Below are positions 15,912-20,000 of a stretch of 20,000 nucleotides of DNA, piece by piece (within the stretch, counting starts at the first letter, position 1; the number at the start of each line of letters is the position of its first letter). The stretch lies in IMG/VR virus record IMGVR_UViG_2821954623_000003; one strand, written 5' to 3'. A program made the translations under genes and the position numbers. The DNA comes from an uncultured virus (IMG/VR IMGVR_UViG_2821954623_000003). Taxonomy: Duplodnaviria; Heunggongvirae; Uroviricota; Caudoviricetes. The notes beneath the pieces were generated by a model. The model searched no databases. It saw only the letters and a list, made by a program, of their open reading frames with translations, and had not been told where the DNA came from.

Positions 15912-16822
15912 GTTCGCGTGGAATTGCCTGATACCACGTAAATAAAAACTGATAAGCCGTAATTCCGTGCTGCTATACATATAGGGGGAACGTGTTACGG
16001 CGTGGCTAGCTGTTGGTCGTGCAGGGGGTACTGAGTTATACGCCTACAAAAACAGCACCCCTCATTGGATTCCTGTTCATCTGGTGAGGGAGGGCGAGAA
16101 CTTGCCCAGGGACGATTCTCTAAAAGGTTCGGGTGGTTATCGTTAGCATTACGGTGCTAGGGAGTACATTCAGTTTGTCGTGTAGGGACGATATTACAAG
16201 GACAAGCCATAGAAAAAGGGTGTATGCGATGAAGATCGCTGAGTGAACAGGGTCTATACATACGGATACCATATAAGTGACCGCATGGCGAAAACAAAGA
16301 CGCTTATCCATCTATTTTGACTGATTACTTTTTTTGCAGTCATTCAAAGTAGGGGATAAATCTGCCTTCCAGCCGTGTTCCATAATCACTCCCACATGAT
16401 AAAAACCTTCAAGACCTTCAGTCAACATTAAATTCGAAGAAATGATGAAAAATGTGAGGTTGTTTAAGACTTGGAGGAACTACTCGCTAAGATAGAGGAA
16501 TAAATAAGGGATTTACCACTTACTTGGTTAAAGGATAAAGGGACGGATGATTAAAATATGTCCTATTGCAAAATTTGGTTTTACATATCGGATATAGTAC
16601 GTGAAATTAAACTTATATAATTTTAGTTTGATTGGTATATGGTGATATTCTAGCAGTTGATGAAAAAGCACGTTGAGAAGTGATGAAGTAAACAGAAAAA
16701 ATATTGTTAGAAGATGTAGTGGTTAACCTCAGTAAACAAAAATTAACTTTTATTGTATATTTTGAAAATAGATATTAATTAAGGTAATCTTAATTTAAAC
16801 TACTAAGGGGAGGGATATCATT

Positions 16823-17764
16823 GTGAAAGTATTTAAATTAACTACAGAAAGTCATGCTCTTTTAGATTTGAATGAACAGAGCTGGGAAACTACTATTGCT
16901 TATTATGAGAAGGAAACTCATAAGAGAGCGCCCTATTATTGTGATCTAAAAAAGAAAACCAGATATTTTGCTGTTTGTCCTGGTTGTAATAATCCGGTTC
17001 AATTAGTAAATTTGTATGTTAATAAGAAATTACCAGACAACGAAAAGAAGCAATCCCCACATGCTAAACATCAACCGCATTCAGTTATTGGAATAGCAAC
17101 TTATTATCAAGAAAAGTACGATACCTGTGAATTGAGACAGAGAACACCCTTCAGTGATACTGAGAAAAGAACTGGAACGGATGTACCAAATGAAATATTG
17201 CAGCTCATACAACGATATCCAGACATCTTATATAAACATATACGAAAAATAATAGGTATCAATTTTTCTAGACGCGTATTTGAGCGCATGATTGATAATT
17301 TTCTTCGTGCAAATGGACATTGTTATAAGCGTATTAATAAATTTAATTTGCCGTATGCTTTTCTATATATGCAAAAAAGTACAAGAATTATTAATCAACA
17401 TATTACAGAAGGTCATGCTTATCAAAAAGAAATAATTGATTGTATACAAAATAGTAAATATTTTACTGTATCTGATAATAAAATTACACCTATTAACCCG
17501 AAGGTTGATGGGTTTGTAGAAATTGATTTTTACTTAACAAAACATAAAATTACACCAATTAAAAATATGATTACTCTCTGTATTACTGAATCTAAGGGAG
17601 GGGAAGTTGATAGTTTATTAGAAAAGGAATTTCCAGTAAATGAATCTGATTATATAAATGATATCAACGAGGCGATGGACAATGGGGATAATGAAATGGA
17701 TAGTAATAAAGCTAGATCTCAATTGAGAGAGATGGTACTCAATTGCATTGAAAAAAATAATTGA
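16823..17764 (+). CDS. Hypothetical protein (313 aa) with N-terminal Cys/His motif
   Basis: Own sigma-A promoter TTGAAA(16762)-N17-TAATCT, RBS GGGGAGGG, GTG start; CPGC...HAKH...C possible Zn ligands. Confidence 0.75.
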   Translation: MKVFKLTTESHALLDLNEQSWETTIAYYEKETHKRAPYYCDLKKKTRYFAVCPGCNNPVQLVNLYVNKKLPDNEKKQSPHAKHQPHSVIGIATYYQEKYDTCELRQRTPFSDTEKRTGTDVPNEILQLIQRYPDILYKHIRKIIGINFSRRVFERMIDNFLRANGHCYKRINKFNLPYAFLYMQKSTRIINQHITEGHAYQKEIIDCIQNSKYFTVSDNKITPINPKVDGFVEIDFYLTKHKITPIKNMITLCITESKGGEVDSLLEKEFPVNESDYINDINEAMDNGDNEMDSNKARSQLREMVLNCIEKNN

Positions 17765-17945
17765 ATGAGAGGTTTAACATATGATATGTTACGCTTTCTA
17801 ATTAGAGAATCTGTTTTATAAAACGTGTCCACGATTTATGTCTTACTACATGTAATATTTGTTTAGTGTAATTTTTATGAATATATATAGTTTCATAAAG
17901 TTTTTGAGAAAAAGAAAGTATACTTTGATATTGTGTAATAAAGAC

Positions 17946-17978
17946 AAGGCCCACCTACGGAAATAGGTGGGCTTTTTT
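17946..17978 (+). terminator. Intrinsic terminator
   Basis: AAGGCCCACCTA-CGGAAA-TAGGTGGGCTTTTTT. Confidence 0.8.
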
Positions 17979-18238
17979 ATTGGGTATTACTATCTCAGTG
18001 CACAAAAGGGAATTTGTATTTAAATAATAGCATATTCTTAAATTTATTATATTGAGAAATAAAGAAAAGACACCCAAAGGTGCCTTCCTCTGACTTGAAC
18101 GATCCTGTATTAATGCCGTTTCGATTAATAAATTGAATTATAAAAATAATTTGTTATACTCCCGTGTACCCTAGCTGATATAATGCATAAGGAAATTATT
18201 GGTTAATTAATAGTGCACATATATTAGGGAGGTACATA

Positions 18239-18439
18239 ATGTTAGAGGTAATTACGGCATTTTTCTTACTAATTTTCCATTCCATTGTTTATCTCTTTTC
18301 AAGTGGAGAAACTAAGCAAATAGCAAAAAATCATATAAAAGAAATTGTTAATAGTCCGGATGGAGTAATAATATTAATCGTTGCTGCGGCACTTTTAATC
18401 GGGGGGATATATTTATATTTTTATGGTTTCGGTTTATGA
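18239..18439 (+). CDS. Small two-TM membrane protein (66 aa)
   Basis: RBS AGGGAGG; two hydrophobic helices separated by a charged loop. Confidence 0.65.
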   Translation: MLEVITAFFLLIFHSIVYLFSSGETKQIAKNHIKEIVNSPDGVIILIVAAALLIGGIYLYFYGFGL

Positions 18440-18593
18440 ATACAAACTAAAACCATATCCAAGTATACGAGACAATGGTTCATCTGGGAAGTATGCGTAT
18501 TATGGTGGAGAATGGGACACAGGTGGTCTTTTTGGAGAAGCCAAATGTGTCTATAATAAAACTGATGAATCGGATAATAAATAATATACATAA

Positions 18594-18625
18594 AGAAAAG
18601 GCGCCCAGATAAGGGTGCCTTTTCT
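18594..18625. terminator. Bidirectional terminator
   Basis: AGAAAAGGCGCCC-AGATAA-GGGTGCCTTTTCT between convergent small genes. Confidence 0.7.
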
Positions 18626-18634
18626 AATAGTTTT

Positions 18635-18739
18635 TTAGCAGAAACAAGCAGCTCCAACAATGATTAATAATATAAACAATACAACTAATAAAGCAAACCC
18701 TCCAGCAAAGCCACAGCCACAACTATCACCAAATCCCAT
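18635..18739 (-). CDS. YjcZ-family small sporulation protein (34 aa), not in ORF track
   Basis: RBS AAAGGAGG; MGFGDSCGCGFAGGFALLVVLFILLIIVGAACFC carries the family hallmark GFALLVVLFILLIIVG. Confidence 0.88.
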   Translation of the reverse strand: MGFGDSCGCGFAGGFALLVVLFILLIIVGAACFC

Positions 18740-18844
18740 AATAGTTCCTCCTTTAAAATCGGAGGATAAAACAAGGGTTCACTCATGTATTTTAGCGGAT
18801 TCAATGTATTGTATTTTTTACGCATGAATTGAGCAGGTCCTTTT

Positions 18845-19239
18845 GAAAAAGACATCATAAGGGAATTACAAGCCGATATTATTGTTTTAGACAACGAAAC
18901 TCTGTTTGATAGTCATAAATTTCGTGAGATGGGAAGATTAATGGAAGACCAATTTTTATCTTTATTATCCTACGTTGCGGATCAAGAGCGTAAAAAATTT
19001 CGGAAAAGACAAGCGGAAGGGATTGTGGTGGCCAAAGCTCAAGGAAAACATTTAGGGCGCCCTCCACTTAACCTTTCAACATTAAGCCCAAAGCAACTAT
19101 TTATAATAGACGAAACCTATTCAAAGTGGAAAAAAGAGAAATAACGAGCATTAAATTTATGGAACTACTAGAACTTAAGAAAAATACTTTTTATAAGATA
19201 CTAAAAGAATATGAAGAGAACAACTTACAACCTAAATAA
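18845..19239 (+). pseudogene. Serine recombinase (resolvase) remnant
   Basis: RELQADIIVLDNETLFDS...LLSYVADQERKK..RQAEGI..AKAQGKHLGRP; catalytic N-terminus missing (in-frame TGA at 18830); frameshift near 19135 before the HTH tail ITSIKFMELLELKKNTFYKILKEYE. Confidence 0.85.
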
Positions 19240-19524
19240 AGCGTATGAGCAGGATATTTCTTAAGGTAGGAGATTCGGCTCATTTTATGATTTTCATTAA
19301 AATGTGGACTATAACCCGTTATACGAACAATGCTGGGCTCCCAAAGATATATAGAAGCGAATACGTGACGAAAAAACAGAATCAAGATGAAATGCTCATA
19401 CAAACGATTAGAGTGGTTTAAGAGATTGAAAGTTAGTATGACTTCCGGAATTATCATTATCATTTGCACCAAAACAATTATTACCAAAAGATATTTTGTA
19501 GTAAAAAGAAGCAATTTATTTTTT

Positions 19525-19599
19525 AAATATTGCAATATGATAAAATATGCAATATTGCATATTTTATCATATTGCAATATTTCTGAAATTTAATATAAT
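19525..19599 (+). promoter_or_regulatory. PlcR box inside a 58-bp perfect palindrome, overlapping a sigma-A promoter
   Basis: TATGCAATATTGCATA (19546-19561) matches TATGNAN4TNCATA; palindrome spans 19525-19582; TTGCAA(19572)-N16-TATAAT(19594). Confidence 0.75.
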
Positions 19600-19742
19600 G
19601 ATTAGGAAGTGTCAATTTGTTAAATTTGTAATTTGAACCAATAAAAAACAATAAAAAACAATTATTGGCATGATGTGTGCTTGGATTTAAAATCCTCGCA
19701 TCCTATTTATTAGGTAATATAAATGATAAGGAGGGATTCAAG

Positions 19743-20000
19743 ATGGAAATGTCAGAAAAGAAAGTTTTAGGTTTAACATCAGCTGCTATTCTAGGAACAT
19801 TAGGTGTAGGTTTTCAGGCCATAGCTACTTTAGGAGTTTCTGAAGTAGTTGCAACGAATCTATACTATGCGCTTAATGTAATTGGATGGGGTGCAACTGC
19901 AGCTGCGATTGTTTCTTCAGCTGGACTGGGTGCTGTTGCAGCTCAAGCAATTTGGGCTGCTGTTAAGAAAAAAACTATACAGCAATTTGTTAAATGGTAA
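19743..20000 (+). CDS. Circular (head-to-tail) bacteriocin-like precursor, uberolysin/circularin/amylocyclicin type (85 aa)
   Basis: RBS AAGGAGGG, ATG 19743, TAA ends at 20000; Ala/Gly-rich hydrophobic core starting near IATLGVS, cationic patch KKK, terminal Trp. Confidence 0.75.
   Translation: MEMSEKKVLGLTSAAILGTLGVGFQAIATLGVSEVVATNLYYALNVIGWGATAAAIVSSAGLGAVAAQAIWAAVKKKTIQQFVKW

Larger units (their letters stand above)
15545..16053 (+). ncRNA. Candidate ColE1 RNA II-like pre-primer RNA (putative RNA-primed replicon); ends approximate
   Basis: ORF-free, GC-richer structured region with four 5' hairpins having ACCAA loops and a 3' TCGTGCAGGGGG...GCCTACAAAAAC motif; weak extended -10 TGaTATTTT at 15531-15539. 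Confidence 0.5.

Noticed and set aside
16218..16264. GTATGCGATGAAGATCGC resembles part of group II intron domain V
   Set aside because: No AGC/CGC catalytic triad, no matching 3' arm, no domain VI or GUGYG start, and no RT ORF.
15330..16311. ORFs 15330..15617(-) and 16120..16311(-)
   Set aside because: The first translates the par repeats and hairpin 1; neither has a convincing RBS or protein-like features.
18423..18584. 53-codon ORF MVSVYEYKLKPYPSIRDNG...DNK overlapping the membrane-protein stop
   Set aside because: No properly spaced RBS and no recognisable family; may be a gene remnant.
19191..19593. ORFs 19191..19577(-) and 19387..19593(+)
   Set aside because: Run through the AT-rich palindrome, lack RBSs; probably spurious.
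19639..19662. Tandem CAATAAAAAA x2
   Set aside because: Short low-complexity duplication with no supportable function.

Overview
AT-rich Bacillus cereus-group phage-plasmid (plasmid prophage). The left part is the end of a siphophage late operon: tail/minor structural protein (5' partial), AbrB-like gene, a secreted beta-propeller moron, holin and amidase endolysin. Next come cargo genes: two SLH-type exported proteins, a yolD/Y-family polymerase cassette with LexA boxes, and a Gly/Tyr/Trp-rich repeat peptide. These are interleaved with an XRE-HTH / FtsK-SpoIIIE / Replic_Relax / membrane-protein module and a RacA-like protein preceded by a near-consensus sigma-H promoter. No integrase is seen. 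Instead there is a type Ib parA-parB locus with centromere-like repeats, next to a ~0.9 kb ORF-free structured region (15.5-16.4 kb) whose layout resembles a ColE1 RNA II/RNA I replicon: four ACCAA-loop hairpins, a counter-transcript promoter and terminator, and a CAGGGGG...GCCTA..AAAAAC motif. No rep gene is recognisable in the window. This candidate RNA-primed replicon in a Gram-positive phage-plasmid is the most notable finding, followed by a possible sporulation-coupled inheritance module. The right end has an orphan 313-aa gene, a small YjcZ-like gene, a resolvase pseudogene, a 58-bp perfect palindrome centred on a PlcR box, and a circular-bacteriocin-like precursor. All family calls are from pattern recognition; no searches were run.
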